A DNA stretch of 64,000 bases from the human T2T-CHM13v2.0 reference genome, Homo sapiens, in the NCBI RefSeq assembly GCF_009914755.1, contig NC_060926.1; one strand, given 5' to 3'. Of this stretch, positions 35,546-49,049 are shown piece by piece; positions within the stretch are counted from its first letter, which is position 1; the number at the start of each line of letters is the position of its first letter. The notes below the pieces were generated by a model, which was not told the origin of the DNA, made no database searches, and saw only the letters and a program-made list of their open reading frames with translations. The position numbers and the translations under genes are program-made.

Positions 35546-37239
35546 AATACTGAGATGGGGTAGGGATAGTGTCCACTTGCTAAGAGTCTGCTAGTTTTAG
35601 AAACGGAAGCCTGTCAGCCTAAAAGGAGAAGCAGTCTAAATAGGAAAAACAATTTATTAGAAGACTAGATCTGTGAGTGTAGATAAACAGAAGTCTGGAA
35701 GCTACGTCAGAGGAAAAGCTATGGTCAGCTAATTTATATGGGAAAGTTGAAATGGCATTAAAAAAATTGTGACAGAAATTTTATTCATGTCTGCTTATGT
35801 AGGTAAAGAAGTGAAAAGTCAAGGGGGGAGTTTTATGCTGGGTTTGTCAGGGTAAGCATATTATAGGCACTTGAAACTATATTTTCTAACATTGAATAAA
35901 CTATAATTATCAGTACTTATGATCTAATCAAGTAGCTTTGTGATACTTTTCTGGCATAGAATTACTCTTATTTTTACTCTCCAATTTCCAAGTGAAGTGT
36001 AAGCTAATTTTTTAGGTTTAAAGTCAAAACAGAGGAAAATTACATCTTGATTTCTCAATATTGTGACTGATACTCAAGAAAGAATTGTTTATGATCTCTG
36101 CATTCCTCCTACCCTGACCAACAAATTACTTTCATGGACTTCGGAATGGTAAAAACATAATGTGGAGAGAAACTGTTGGACTTATTCAGAATCTGATTCA
36201 GTTTTTCACTTACGTGTGTGTCACTTTGAGTAAATCAGGTCTGAGTTACATTTTTGCAATTTCATCTACTACATAATGTTCTCTGAGAGCAATAGAGATA
36301 AAATATCTCTGACATTGCACAATGTCTGGCCCATATTAAGTAACGAAGCATAACACTGAGGGAGAAGTAATACCTCTTATAAAAAAAAATGACATTGATT
36401 TTCAAGAACTATACCTCAAAACCCATGCAAAATATATCAGATCATTGGAGAGGTAATACTTTTGTGCAATTTGCCTACAGGAAGAGAGCAGTCAGATCAA
36501 CATATATATTTAGTTTGGTTAAGTTACATGTGTTACTCTCCCAATTATTATGCCTCATTTGATTTGTATGTTTTATTCCTTTTGATTACTGAGTCTCCAT
36601 TTCTAAATCTAAACAATATGGATTTTCAAAGGATGCAAGATGGCTAGCAAGACCATCATTAGCAGAAAAGCCTGCAATGTAAAAGCTGTAAGCATTGTGA
36701 AGGTTTTTAAGCCTTGATATTCCAAATACATTTATTTTTGAATCTCAGGAGACAGACAAAATATATTCGTTTAATTTGAAGACAGTCACAGTGGAACAAA
36801 AATATCATCTAAACCAAAAACATGATTTAGGTTTTTCTGGAGGAAAAAAATATTACCCAAGAGGTTGACCTTTTTCATTAATTTCTACTAGGAGCAGCAA
36901 TAAGATTTCTTGCAGGATAATCTTTGTTTGCAAGGCGTATGGCTAGCATCCAGATTGTAACACACCAAAGTGTGAAACACAACTAAGAAAGTCACGAATC
37001 ATACCAAGTAGGGTGTTCTCAGGTGGGACTTAATGTGTCTTTGCTTCAGAGTGGGGAGACACAACTGAGGCAAACATTTTGTGATCCCCACATTCCTCAG
37101 GTGCTTTCTAATGTCCATCAGAGAATGAAGACATACTCTCTTCTCTGAAGGTATTTGCAGTTGCCCTTCATGGAGTAAAAAAGGAACAAATGATTCTTAC
37201 TATATATATTGAAAATATAGCCAGTTAATGAATACATAA

Positions 37240-37585
37240 TGAGGAGAGAGGCCATTTCTCTTACTGTCTCCTGTCTCTGAAGAGAAGGAGGAAGTAAAAG
37301 CTGAAAATCAACAAGAATGAAGTCAGTGGCAAGACCAATTGGTGCCACTGACCAGGCCTGAGGGTAAAGATTAAGCCCTCCATTCTAACCACATGTGCTC
37401 TCAATCGATCACAACCCTCTCACATGGACCCCTTAGAATTGTAAGCTCTTAAAAGGGCCAGGAACTGTTTCTTCAGGGAGCTCGGTTCTTGAAATGCAAG
37501 TCTGCCAACACTCCCAGCCAAATAAAGCTTCTTCCTTCTTTAACCCGGTGTCTGAGGGGTTTTGTCTGTGGCTTGCCCTGCTACA
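37240..37585 (+). repeat. 5' LTR (LTR2 family, LTR2C-like)
   Basis: TGAGGAGAGAGGCCATTTCTC...CCCTGCTACA, with TATA-like CTTAAAAG and AATAAA. Confidence 0.93.
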
Positions 37586-37590
37586 TTTCT

Positions 37591-37608
37591 TGGTACCCTG
37601 ATTGGGAA
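37591..37608 (+). promoter_or_regulatory. Primer-binding site, tRNA-Glu
   Basis: TGGTACCCTGATTGGGAA versus the tRNA-Glu 3' complement TGGTTCCCTGACCGGGAA (15/18). Confidence 0.85.
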
Positions 37609-38076
37609 TCAAGGTGATTAACAGACGGTCGTAGGCAGCTTAGGCCTGCCCTGCAGAGCATCCCTGTGGGGGACTCGGGCCAGCTTGAGCGATGTGGATC
37701 CTGAGAGCGCTCCCGGGTAGGCACTTGCCCAGTGGAACGCCTCGTCAGAGTGGTGCACAGCAGGCCCCTGCGGAGGATCAACCCACTGGCTGAACACTGG
37801 GAAGGAACTGGTGCCTGGAGTCTGGACATCTGGAATATGGTAGGACGGGTCCTGGGAACTTGCCCATTCCATTTGAGTAGAAGCATGGTCTGATCACCCA
37901 CAATGTGCGTTTATCGGCACTTTGGTCTCAGTATTGATTTTGATTTGGCTTGACTTGTTAACACAAAGGAAAGTGAAAGTGAGTGAGTGCTAGAGTTTGA
38001 GACGGTCGGGGTGAGTGAGTGACCCCTTTACCCTTTCCTTCCTGTGGTGTGAGTGTTGTTTTGTCTCAGGAGGAAG

Positions 38077-39668
38077 ATGGGTGGAATGCAAAGTAAGCCC
38101 ACTCCGCTAGGAACTATGTTGAAAAATTTCAGGATAGGATTTAATGGAGACTATGGAGCTACCAGGACACCAGGAAAACTTAGAACTTTGTGTGAGATAG
38201 ACTGGCCGGCATTAAAAATGGGTTGGCCATCAGAAGGAAGCCTAGACAGGTCCCTTGTTTCAAAGGTATGGCACAAGGTAACTGGTAAGCCAGGACACCC
38301 GACCAGTTTCCTTCCACAGACACTTGGTTACAGCTGGTTTTAGACCCCCCACAGTGGTTAAGAGGACAGGCAGCAGTAGTACTAGTGGCAAAGGGACAGA
38401 CAGCCAAGGAAGAATCCCGCTCCACCCACCGAAGGGAGTTGGCTCCTAAAGTCCTGTCCAACCCAACATCAGAGGATTCATGGCAAGATATGGTGCCAGT
38501 GCCCCTCCACCTTTCACCAAGGAGGAAGGCCTCCCACTCCTGAGCCCACTGTGCTTCCACAAGGCCTACATACCCTTAGGCCACCCAGAGTAGAAAAGAA
38601 AGGATGCAAGACCTTGGGAGAAACCCCTCCCTTGGGAACCCGTTTGAGGCCTAGAACTGGGATAGAAATGCCCCTGAGAGAGCAATGGTATAGTGGGGTA
38701 GACAAAGATGGGCATATGGTGGAAAGGCATGCCGTTGTATACCAGCCCTTCACCTCTACCGATCTCCTCAGTTGGAAAAACAATACCCCATCCTATAAAG
38801 AGAAGCCTCAAGCTATAATTGATTTGCTCCAAACTATTATCTAGACCCACAACCCCACCTGGGCTGATTGCCACCAGTTGCTCATGTACCTCTTTAACAC
38901 AGATGAAGGGAGGGGAGTGCTCCAAGCAGCAACTAAGTGGCTGGAAGAACATGTTCCAGCTGATTACCAAAACCCCCAAGAGTATGTGAGGATCCAATTA
39001 CTAGGAACAGACCTCCAGTGGGACCTAAATGAAAGATGGGGTATGCAAAGGCTAAACTGGTACAGGGAAGCCCTTCTGAAAGGGTTAAAGAAGGGAGCTC
39101 GGAAGGCCACAAATGTTAACAAAGTCTCTGAGGTCATTCAAGGAAAAGATGAGAGCCTGGCACAATTCTACGAGAGACTATGTGAGGCCTATCGTATGTA
39201 TACTCCCTTTGATCCTGATAGCCCTGAAAATCAGCACATGATTAACATGGCTTTCGTTAGTCACAGCACAGAAGACATTAGAAGAAAATTGCAGAAACAG
39301 GCTAGGTTTGCAGGCATGAATACTTCACAGTTATTGGAGACAGCCAACCAGGTGTTTGTGAATAGAGATGGGGTAAGCCACAGAGAGACGTGCAGAGACA
39401 GGGAACACCAAGCCCGGCGAATGCTGACCTGCTAGCCGCAGCTATTAGAGGGGTCCCCCCAAAGGGGAGAGAAAAGGGGGACCCCAGGAAAAATACTTAC
39501 TTTGGCCTTCCACGCTTGCGGCATAACCAGTGTGCTTACTGTAAGGAAACAGGACATTGGAAGGACAAGTGCCCCCAGTTGAAAGGAAAACAAGGTAACT
39601 CTGAGGAGGAGGCCTCAGACAAGGACAAAGGGGCCTTGTTCAATCTGGCAGAAGGGTTACTGGACTGA
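38077..39668 (+). pseudogene. gag: HERV-E gag (frameshifted)
   Basis: MGGMQSKPTPLG...TLCEIDWP (matrix); YQPFTSTDLLSWKNNTPSY; MHR-like VIQGKDESLAQFYERLCEAY; zinc knuckle CAYCKETGHWKDKC. Confidence 0.93.
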
Positions 39669-42600
39669 GGGGGACCAGGCTCATGTGCCCCCAAAAAGCC
39701 CATGGTCAGGATGACAGTCGGGGGCAAGGACATTTTCTTGTCGATACTGGTGCTGAACATTCAGTAGTGACCACCCCTGTCACCCCCTTATCCAAAAAGA
39801 CTATTGATATAATCGGAGCCACAGGGGTTTAGGCAAAGCAAGCCTTCTATTTGCCCCGGACCCGCACTGTGGGGTAGGGGGGGGCATGAAGTGATTCACC
39901 AGTTTCTGTACATGTGTGATTGCCCCTTGCCTTTGCTAGGAAGGGACACACTTAGCAAGATGAGAGCCACCATCTCTTTCACAAAGCACAGCTCTTTATA
40001 GCTAAAGCTACCTGGAACGGGAATCATCATGGCCCTTACAGTTCCTCAGGAGGAGGAATGGAGACTCTTCTTAACTAAGCCAGGCCAAGAGATAGGACCA
40101 GCTCTGGCTAAGCGGTAGCCAAAAGTGTGGGCAGAAGACAACCCTACAGGTCCCATAATCACAGAAATTAAGCCTGGGACCCAGCCAGTCAGGCAAAAAT
40201 AGTACCCGGTCCCCAGAGAAGCTCTAGAAGGTATCCAGGTCCATCTCAAGTGCCTGAGGGCCTTTGGAATTACAGTCCCTTGTCAGTCTCCATGGAACAC
40301 TCCCCTCCTGCCTGTTCCCAAGTCAGGGACCAAGGACTACAGGCCGGTACAGGATTTGTGCTTGGTCAACCAACCTACAGTGACTTTGCACCCAACGGTA
40401 CCTAACCCATACACATTGTTGGGGTTGCTGCCAGCTGAGGATAGCTGGTTTACCTGCCTGGACCTGAAAGATGCTTTTTTTAAGCATCAGACTAGCTCCT
40501 GAGAGCCAGAAACTATTTGCCTTTCAGTGGGAGGATCTGGGGTCAGGTGTCACCACTCAGTATACTTGGACCTGGCTTCCCCAAGGGTTCAAGAACTCCC
40601 CGACTATCTTCGGGGAAGCACTGGCTCAAGACCTCCAGAAGTTTCCCACCAGAGACCTAGGCTGTGTGTTGCTCCAGTACGTCAACAACCTCCTGCTGGG
40701 ACACCCCACAGCAGTCGGGTGCGCTATGAGGAAGGATACCCTGATCCAGCACCTGGAGGACTGTGGGTATAAGGTGTCCAAGAAGAGAGCTCAGAATTGC
40801 ATACAGCAGGTACGTTACCTGGGATTTACTATCGGACACAGGGAGCACAGCCTGGGATCAGAAAGAAAGCAGGTCATTTGCAACCTACCGGAGCCTAATA
40901 CCAGAAGGCAGGTGAGAGAATTCTTAGGAGCTGTGGGGTTCTGCAGGTTATGGATCCCAAACTTTGCAGTACTGGCCAAGCCCCTGTAAGGACTCACAAA
41001 GGGGGGTGACAAGGAATCTTTCGAATGGGGGTCCCAAACAGCAACAAGCTTTTCATGTGTTAAAAGACAAACTCATGACAGCCCTAGCCCTGGGGCTGCC
41101 TGACCTGACAAAGCCATTTACACTGTATGTGTCAGAGAGAGAAAAGATGGCGGTTGGAGTTTTGACCCAGACTGTGGGGCCCTGGCTGAGGCCAGTGGCC
41201 TACCTCTCTAAACAACTAGACGGGGTTTCCAAAGGTTGGCCCCCGTGTTTGAGGGCCTTGGCAGCAACTGCCCTGCTAGCACAAGAAGCGGAAAAACTAA
41301 CTCTTGGGCAAAACCTGAATATAAAGGCCCCCCATGCTGTGTTGACTTTAACAAATACCAAAGGACATCATTGGCTAACAAATGCTAGACTAACTAGTTA
41401 CCAAAGCTTGCTCTTTGAAAATCCCTACATAACCATTGAAGTTTGCAACACTTTGAACCCTGCCACCTTACTCCCGGTATCAGAGCCCAGTTGAACATAA
41501 CTGTGTAGAGGCATTGGACTCAGTTTATTCTAGCAGGCCCGACCTCCGAGACCATCCCTGGACATCAGTAGACCGGGAGCTATACAGGGACCGCAGCAGT
41601 TGTGTCAACCCACCAGGAGAGAGGTGTGCAGGATATGCAGTGGTAACCCTGGATGCTGTCGTTGAAGCCAAATCATTGCCCAAGGGTACTTAAGCAAAGA
41701 AGGCCAAACTCATTGCTTTAATTCGGGCCTCAGAGCTAAGTGAAGGTAAGACTGTAAACATTTACACTGACTCTCGGTATGCCTTCTTAACCCTACAAGT
41801 GCAGGGGCGTTATATAAAGAAAAAGGCCTGTTGAACTCTGGGGGAAAAGACATAAAGTACCAGTGAGAGGTCCTGCAATTATTAGAGGCAGTGTGGAAGC
41901 CCCAAAAGGTGACAGTCATGTACTGCAGAGGACACCAGCGAGCTTCCACCTCGATTGCCTTGGGGACCTCCTGAGCTGATTCAGAGGCTCAAAAAGCAGC
42001 ATTCACCCAATACTGGGCATCAGTCACAGCCCACCCCCTGCTCCCTCAGGCACGTGACCTTGTACCTACCTATTCTGAAGAAGAGAAGGACTTTCTCCAG
42101 GCAGAGGGAGGGCAGGTGATAGAAGAGGGATGATTCCAGTTATTGGACAGAAGAATAGTTGTGCCACAGCTGCTAGGAGTCGCAGTCGTACTGGCTGTGC
42201 GTGAGATCACCCACCTAGGCCAAGAGTTGTTAGGCCAGTGCTTCTACGTCTGGCATCTGTCAGCCCTTGCCAAAACAGTGGTGCGGCAGCGTGTCACCTG
42301 CCAGCAGCACAATGCTAGGCAAGGTCCAACTGTAACACCTGGCATGCAAACTTATGGGGCAGCCCCCTTTGAAGATCTCCAAGTAGACTTCACCGAGATG
42401 CCCAAATGTGGAGGTAACAAGTATTTGCTAGTTTTAGTGAGTACATACTCTGGGTGGATGGAGGCCTATCTAACACGAACTGAGAAAGCTCGTGAAATAA
42501 CCGATGTGCTTCTCCGAGATCTCATCCCTAGGTTTGGACTGCCCTTATGAATTGGCTCAGACAACAGGCCGGCATTTGTGGCTGACTTGGTACAGAAGAC

Positions 42601-43249
42601 AGCAAAGGTATTGGGGATCACATGGAAACTATATACTGCTTACTGACCACAGAGTTCCAGAAAAGTGGAGCAGATGTATCGGACTACGAAAAATAGTTTA
42701 GGGAAAGTGTGTCAAGAAATAGGATTAAAGTGGGTATAAACTCTCCCTATGGTATTGTTCAAGATTAGATGTACCCCTTCTAAAAGAATAGGATATTCCC
42801 CTTATGTAATATTATATCATATATATATATATATATATATGCCCCCTCCCATACTACAGGGACTCCCAGACACTCCTTGAGAGCTAGGTGAAATTGAGTT
42901 ACAGCAACAGCTACAGGCTTTAGGGAAAATTACACAAAAAATTTCAGCCTGGGTAAATGAGAGGCACCCCATCAGCTTATTCTCCCCAGTTCACCCTTTC
43001 TCCCCAGGTGATCAGGTGTGGATCAAGGATTGGAACGTAGTCCCCTTGCGGCCATGGTGGAAAGGACCCCAGACCATCGTCTTGACCACTCCCACAGCCA
43101 TAAAGATAGAGGGAATCCCAGCCTGGATCTACCACAGCCGCATAAAACCTGCAGCACCTGAGACCTGGGAGGTGAAGCCAAGTGTGGACAACCCCTGCAA
43201 AGTGACTTTGAAGATGACAAGCCATGCTTCAGTCACACCCGGAAGCTGA
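39669..43249 (+). pseudogene. pol: HERV-E pro-pol (protease, RT, RNase H, integrase; many stops and frameshifts)
   Basis: Protease GTCGATACTGGTGCT (VDTGA); RT LPQGFKNSPTIF and YVNN; RPVAYLSKQLD; integrase QVDFTEMP; WKGPQTIVLTTPTAIKIEG. Confidence 0.93.
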
Positions 43250-43271
43250 CTGGTCCGTGCACAGCTGAAGC

Positions 43272-43799
43272 ATGAGGAAACTCATAGTGGGACTCATTTT
43301 TCTGAAAGTCTGGACTTGTACAGTAAGGACTTCAACTGACCTTCCTCAGACTGAGGACTGTTCCCAATGCATACATCAAGTTACTGAGGTAGGGCAAAAA
43401 GTTAAAACAGTCTTTCTGTTGTATAGTTATTATGAATGTACTGGAACTCTAAAAGGGACGTGAAGCTCATCCCACCCAGTACAAGGGATGCAGCCCAAGA
43501 AGTGACCAGATGTGCTATAACCCATCAGAGCCCCCTATGACTACAGTTTTTGAAATAAGATTGAGGACTGGCAACTGGGGAAAAGCTGATACAAGTAAAG
43601 TAACAACTAGAACAGAAGAAAAAGGAGTCCCCAAACAAATTATCTTAAAACTTGACACCTGTGAGGCAATCAACAGTGACCTGTATGGAAATAGAATAAG
43701 ATGTGGCTCTCTAGATTGGGAAAGGGGCTAGAGGAAAGTAAGTATGTTTGTCATGAATTAGGACTGTGTAGTGAAGATGAGAGTGAGAACTCCCACTAG
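43272..43799 (+). pseudogene. env: HERV-E env, internally deleted
   Basis: MRKLIVGLIFLKVWTCTVRTSTDLPQTEDCSQCIHQVTEVG and CYNPSEPP match the HERV-E SU N-terminus. Only about 530 bp remain before the PPT. Confidence 0.9.
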
Positions 43800-43824
43800 T
43801 GAGTGAGGTTCTCAAAGTGGGGAA

Positions 43825-44170
43825 TGTAGAGAGAAGCCATTTCTCTTGCTGTTTCCTGTATCTGAAGAGAGGGAGAAAGTAAAAGCTGAAAATCAACAGG
43901 AATGAAGTCAGTGGCCAGAACAATTGGTGCCACTGACCAGGCCTGAAGGTAAAGATTAACCCTCCTACCCTAACCACATGTGCTCTCAATCTATCACAAC
44001 CCTTTCACGTGGACCCCTTAGAGTTCTAAGCCCTTAAAAGGGCCAGCAACTCTTTCTCTGGGGAGCTCCGTTCTTGAGATGCAAGTCTGCCAACACTCCC
44101 GGCCAAATAAAGCCTCTTCCTTCTTTAACCTGGTGTCTGATGGGTTTTGTCTGTGGCTTGTCCTGCTACA
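43825..44170 (+). repeat. 3' LTR (LTR2 family)
   Basis: Direct repeat of 37240-37585 (about 36 mismatches by eye), preceded by the PPT AAAGTGGGGAA. Confidence 0.93.
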
Positions 44171-44409
44171 ATAACAAGGACTAAAATGGGCCAATCTTTA
44201 CTGAAACAGGGACCCTTAGGTTGAAACTTATAACTGTATATACAAAAGATTTTCTAACTAATTAAAAAAATTCTATTCTGTGTAATAAAATTCCACTAGT
44301 ACTAAAAATTCCCACTATATTATTTGAACTTTTACTATCCATGGATAGATGGATCAATAGTACTCTACTTAATTAAAGACATAAACAGTATTAATCAATT
44401 TTGCTACTA

Positions 44410-44764
<355 letters not shown>

Positions 44765-45902
44765 TATACTAAGCAATTCCACAATCTCAGGGGATTACAA
44801 AATCCAATTTCTGTTTATATTAATTACATGTTGGTGGGTGTAATTCAGCTGCTCCAAGTCTTTTTATTCCAGAATCTAAAGGCAGACTCTTGTAATGTCT
44901 TTACACTATAGGAATATTTTGGAACAAAATAGCATAGAAAGATAAGCAAGTGTATTGGTAGAAAACATAGTATCTTTTAAAGCTCCTGCTCAGATGTGGC
45001 ACGTCTCGTTCATACTTCATTGGCTAAAACCAGCCAGCTGGAAAAGTGCAACAACATCATGGAGATATCGACTATGCCACTGAAGATGCTGCAAATCAAA
45101 AGGTGAAAGGTGGAAACGTATAAGCCTTTTGACAACAAAGAAGTTGGGAACAATAATTTAGAACACATACTCAAGATATATTCTTTAAATATCATGGGTG
45201 TCAACCTTGCCAAAAGTCATCATTTCTCAAAATCACAACTGGGCAAGCAGTTTGAGATCAGTTTTCATATTGTGATCAGATTGTTGGAGTAGAACAGAAA
45301 AAAATCAGTTGATCAAATATACGAAGACAGAATTTTTCCAGTATATAAATATAAATGAATAAGATCTACCTTATAGGTTGTTAAAAAAGTTGAAATAACA
45401 TAAGTGAAACTCCAAAATATTTGATATAGAATACCATGTATATCAATAAATTTTATTCTCCACCTGGTTTCTTACTAAGAATCAGTTAAACGAAAATTTC
45501 TAGTCCTCAAAATATTCAATATAAATCTGATATGCAGTATGTAACAAATGAAATACTTGAATACATTTTATGGGGCGTAACAGTGGAGATAAAGCCTGAA
45601 ATAATATAATGTCTTAAAAATTCGTATATGCAGCCTTTCATCTTTTTTCGTAAAACACAAGAGAATAATAAAAAAAGGAGAGAGGGAACATGTAACACTA
45701 AAGGCTAGATTGAGTAGTTTTATGTCATATTATATGATCTAATTTTTTTTTAATTAAAGGATTTAAATTCCTGGTCAATATGTAAAAACTGCATTCAGCA
45801 TAAGATTATTATCAAAGGGTTGAAAAAACAAATATTGCACAACAATATTGATTTCTGACATGTTTTTTACTTCTGTAGCTTCATAAAAATATTATTTTAT
45901 AA

Positions 45903-46364
<462 letters not shown>

Positions 46365-46457
46365 TCAATATAGAGATTAGGAAAAAAAAAATCTGATCCT
46401 AGAAGTGATGAGTTAAATTATTATGCAAAGAATTGTATTGTACTTTATGAAAGATAG

Positions 46458-46980
46458 TGATCAAGATGGACTTAACATTCTCTTCAGCTTGACTAAACTA
46501 TAGACAGCCTTCCACAGCACTATAAACTCCTCACCTCCCTTGTCCTAGAGCATTTACTTTAGAAAACTTGCAATTGTAGATCCTTTCTCTGCCCCTTTGA
46601 GATGTAAATCTTCTCCCAAATACTTGCCAGCTGTAATACCTAGGAATGTCTTCAAAGATCAGTGAGTCATTCCTTTGAAATGTAGTCACCCAAGAAAGAT
46701 AAGACGTCCATGTCTTTATGAAAGGCTAGAATTCTAACTTTGTTAAGTACCAATTAGCAAACATAGATGGTCCAATAGCACTGACCAACTTTCCTTCCTT
46801 AAAGTCCTCCAACACATGTCCACTAGTTCATCCCAGTGCTTATAAGTCTCCAGCCATTTATTTCAGGAGAGTTGAGTTTAAATTCTTTTCCCTATTGCAA
46901 TAACCTTGACCTATTTCAATAGTCTTGAATAAAGTGTTCCATGCTTATTTGACTCCATCTAGTGCATATTTTCTTTGACA
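46458..46980 (+). mobile_element. Solo ERV1 LTR (MER67-like)
   Basis: TG...CA ends; 4-bp TSD ATAG; AGAGCATTTACTTTAGAAAACTTGCAATTGTA...GCCCCTTTGAGATGTAAATCTTC; AATAAA near 46928. Confidence 0.8.
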
Positions 46981-48919
46981 ATAGAAATAACTCCTTCCTA
47001 GATTCATTTACATACAGCCCTAATTAAAGGAAAGAAAATACATTAAAGCATTTCTTGAAGGTTTTAAGTTTCTCGAATGGGGAAACACAAAGCAAAATGA
47101 CTTTTAAGATCATTGGTTATTTCAGAAGGTGATACCTGCTCCATAGTTTTAACACGGTCATGGGGCCTTTACTTTACATCCCCCAAAAAACAAACTTTGA
47201 AAATGACATCATTTGATCAACAGTAACCAACTCCACGAAGCAGCGAAAGAAAATTAAATTTACTTGTAGCCATCCAAATGCTGTTTCACTGAAATGCTGT
47301 GTGGCAGAAATAATACTAAGACGTAAATCCATTTTCCAATTTAAAAAGACAAGGCTTCGGTGATGAAATGGAGTGCAGAGAGCAGTATTATCATATATTA
47401 TGATTGAAATATATTTCCCTGGTGGTTTTGCCCAAAAAAGTATGAAATCGAGACAGAAAATAAAACAGGTGATGCTGTAGGCAGAGGGTTGGTGAGTATG
47501 CATCATCCAAAATGCTTAACACACTGTTGGTTTTCTGATTGATGGGAATTCAGATTATGTCTTTGAAAGACCCACAATGAAGGTGATGATGGCCTGACTG
47601 CATAAAAAGACTCATTTAAGCTTTACTGTTCCAATCTATAAGCAAGATAGGATGCAATAAGTACATAGCAACAGTTAGGGTCTTGCTACTGCTGGTCTAA
47701 TTAATGGTCCTATAGGTGAGAGGGAACAGAGTGGGAGGTGAGCAAACCTTTCTCATGTCTGCAGGAAAACTGCAAACTCTGTGAGACTATGTAGATTACT
47801 TTGAGGTTGCTGGGGAACCCACTGGGGTTGAAGAGACATACTCAGTACCCACATTATCTTTTGCTTGTTCAAAGCATAAATAAATAATCTTTCCAAATTA
47901 TATACACAAATGTTAAAAGGTATTTAACTTTTGACTGTTTATTTAGCTTTTCAAAAATGGAAGATATTAAGTTTAGAGTTTCAGTTTAGTGTTATTCTCA
48001 GTAAAAAGAGGAACTACAGAAATCGAGTAATATTGTGTTTCAATCTTCTAGTGCTGATAAATTAAGGGAAAACTTCATTTAAAAAATCTGCCTATCATCA
48101 TCTATGTCTTGATCCATTGATCTATTCTCCTATTATATGTCTATGATGTATTTATCATCATCACATAGAATATAGTTATTTAGTAACCATCACAGTTTCT
48201 GACACCTAACAGATATATACACATACAAACAGAACTTATGGTTTAACCCAAAATTTATTTTCACTTTGTCTCTTGTCATTGCCAAATATAATGATTTACT
48301 GGATCTTAAATAATATTTTGCTCATCTTCTCAAAAATAGTACAACAGAATGAGAGTGGAATATGTGAGGGGAACCTTGATTCTTTCTATAGAAGCAAAGC
48401 AGGGGTATTTGTTGCCACATGCAAGTTCTTTAGCTATGAGCACAAGGACTGGGTAAACTCTCTCTGAGAAAACATTCATATTAAGTTTTCATCATCTCAT
48501 TTCCATAAGAAAACTTAGATCATTTTTAACAAAAGAAAACAAGAATATGAAAAACTTTAGTCTTTATATGTTGCACTGCTTAATTAAGAATTAAAATATT
48601 AATTATTAATTAAATATTTATTTTAGGAGAACTGAAGATGAACACTTTTTAGGTACCTTAAAAAGAAAAATCATGATTAAGTTGTTATCTTTACTATATA
48701 AAAACGAATATGCTGTCTCAAGAAATTAAAGTAGTAATCAGGATATTTCTACAAAACTTGACCATTACAAATCTCTCTTCTTTTTTTCTATTTTTTTATA
48801 TAAGACTCATATCTTCTTGAACTTCTTTCCCAAAAAGGTGACGAAATCAATGAGAGAAATTGCTTAAGGTAATGTTAAGTAGAAAATAGCAGAACTATAT
48901 TTTAAAGACCAAAACAAAT

Positions 48920-49049
48920 GTTGGGTGCAGTGGCTGACACCTTGTAATCCCAGCATTTTGGGAGGCCAAGGCAGGAAGATCGCTTGAGCCCGGTAGTTCA
49001 AGACCAGCCTGGAAAACATAGTGAGACTCTCTCTCCATTAAAAAAAAAA
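48920..49049 (+). mobile_element. Alu monomer (FLAM/AluJ left arm)
   Basis: GGGTGCAGTGGCTGACACCTTGTAATCCCAGCATTTTGGGAGGCCAAGGCAGGAAGATCGCTTGAGCCC followed by an A tail. Confidence 0.85.

Larger units (their letters stand above)
37240..44170 (+). mobile_element. HERV-E endogenous gammaretrovirus provirus (defective)
   Basis: Two 346-bp direct LTRs; TSD ATAA (37236-37239 / 44171-44174); tRNA-Glu PBS; gag-pro-pol-env order; PPT before the 3' LTR. Confidence 0.95.

Noticed and set aside
37240-44170. Possibility of a coding-competent or domesticated ERV gene
   Set aside because: gag, pol and env all carry stops or frameshifts, the RT active site is mutated, and env lacks TM.
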